Program-made: the position numbers and the translations under genes
The notes under the pieces: generated by a model
The model's database searches: none
Told to the model about the DNA's origin: nothing
The model's input: only the letters and a program-made list of their open reading frames with translations
NCBI GenBank assembly: GCA_000004985.1
Contig: GG738858.1
Strand: one strand, 5' to 3'
From: Naegleria gruberi
Lineage: Eukaryota
DNA length: 64,000 bases
Shown: piece by piece, positions 63,577 to 64,000 of the stretch
Position numbering within the stretch: the stretch's first letter is position 1
Layout: each line of letters opens with the position of its first letter

Positions 63577-64000
63577 TTACTTGTTGGCCAGTTCAAAATT
63601 CAATCCATCCAATATTTGTGTTACAACAGTTGCTGTATATCCCCACAATGGAACATAAGGTATTGTCTGGTTGTGAGTAATGGAGTGAATATTTTTCAAA
63701 TGATACAGAGGTCCATAGTGTGTTGATGTTGGAGCCATAATAGTTTTACCAAGTGGTTCGTATAGAGAGACATTTGGATTGGCAATCAAATCCAATAATC
63801 TAATTTCAAAAACATGTGCAATTTCATCAGATTGCAAATGATATGGAATTTCAGATTCACAATCCACTATTCTTCCAATAAATGGTTGAACATTGAAATT
63901 CCTAGCACCTGTCGTTGTACTAGGAAGTGTATCATTGAGCAGTTCAACATTTTTCAATCCAATTTCCTCAAAAGTTTCTCTCATTGCTGTTTCCAACAAG
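63577..64000 (-). CDS. Nudix hydrolase, CoA-diphosphatase (NUDT7/8)-like; C-terminal part only, gene continues past the window end
   Basis: Nudix-box remnant ETAMRETFEEIGL and PLWGYTATV, typical of CoAse-type Nudix enzymes. The 5' end is beyond 64000 on the minus strand. Confidence 0.6.
   Translation of the reverse strand, partial: LLETAMRETFEEIGLKNVELLNDTLPSTTTGARNFNVQPFIGRIVDCESEIPYHLQSDEIAHVFEIRLLDLIANPNVSLYEPLGKTIMAPTSTHYGPLYHLKNIHSITHNQTIPYVPLWGYTATVVTQILDGLNFELANK

Noticed and set aside
1-64000. Prokaryotic interpretation (operons, CRISPR arrays, phage island, defence island around the DUF262 and HydF genes)
   Set aside because: Multiple verified GT..AG introns, a eukaryotic tRNA intron, proteasome, Myb, G-alpha and villin genes, and long AT-rich intergenic regions show this is nuclear eukaryotic DNA. 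No CRISPR-like direct-repeat array was seen.

Overview
The window is AT-rich (roughly two-thirds AT) nuclear DNA from a eukaryote. The evidence for eukaryotic origin:
- spliceosomal GT..AG introns, mostly 39-63 nt with GTAAGT or GTATGT donors, plus one of 140 nt;
- two nuclear-type tRNA genes, one with a canonical-position intron;
- an intact tyrosine-recombinase retrotransposon (DIRS-order, Ngaro/PAT-like, with split direct repeats);
- two small TIR/TSD-bounded MITEs.

About 35 protein-coding genes are packed on both strands.

Housekeeping genes: proteasome alpha-6, a D-serine-dehydratase-like enzyme, a villin/gelsolin-family protein, a 3R-Myb factor, a METTL21-like methyltransferase, an LYR-motif protein, and a Nudix CoA diphosphatase (partial).

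Signalling and membrane genes: two tandem divergent G-alpha-like paralogs (one with an exon-1 frameshift), a Kir-type potassium channel, several N-myristoylation-motif proteins (including a paralogous pair with a glycine-zipper TM hairpin), a C2-domain protein, an EF-hand protein and an F-box/LRR protein.

Bacterial-type or otherwise notable genes: the [FeFe]-hydrogenase maturase GTPase HydF with a targeting-like N-extension, an RsmJ-type rRNA methyltransferase, an intron-containing gene with a bacterial-type DUF262 (GmrSD-like) domain, a UBC-E2 plus F-box fusion, and a DUF4116-like 21-repeat protein.

Other features: a near-identical inverted duplicate pair of a 52-aa Cys-rich micro-protein gene, and several recurring intergenic motifs (AAACGTGA sites, a 45-nt box, a hairpin motif, a GTGACGTA palindrome).

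The ORF track uses non-ATG starts (TTG/GTG/CTG shown as M). I re-derived starts and merged several track ORFs into spliced gene models by reading the sequence.

Organism identity cannot be established. The combination of HydF, many G-alpha and N-myristoylated signalling genes, short introns and about 33% GC would fit a free-living amoeboid protist, but this is inference.
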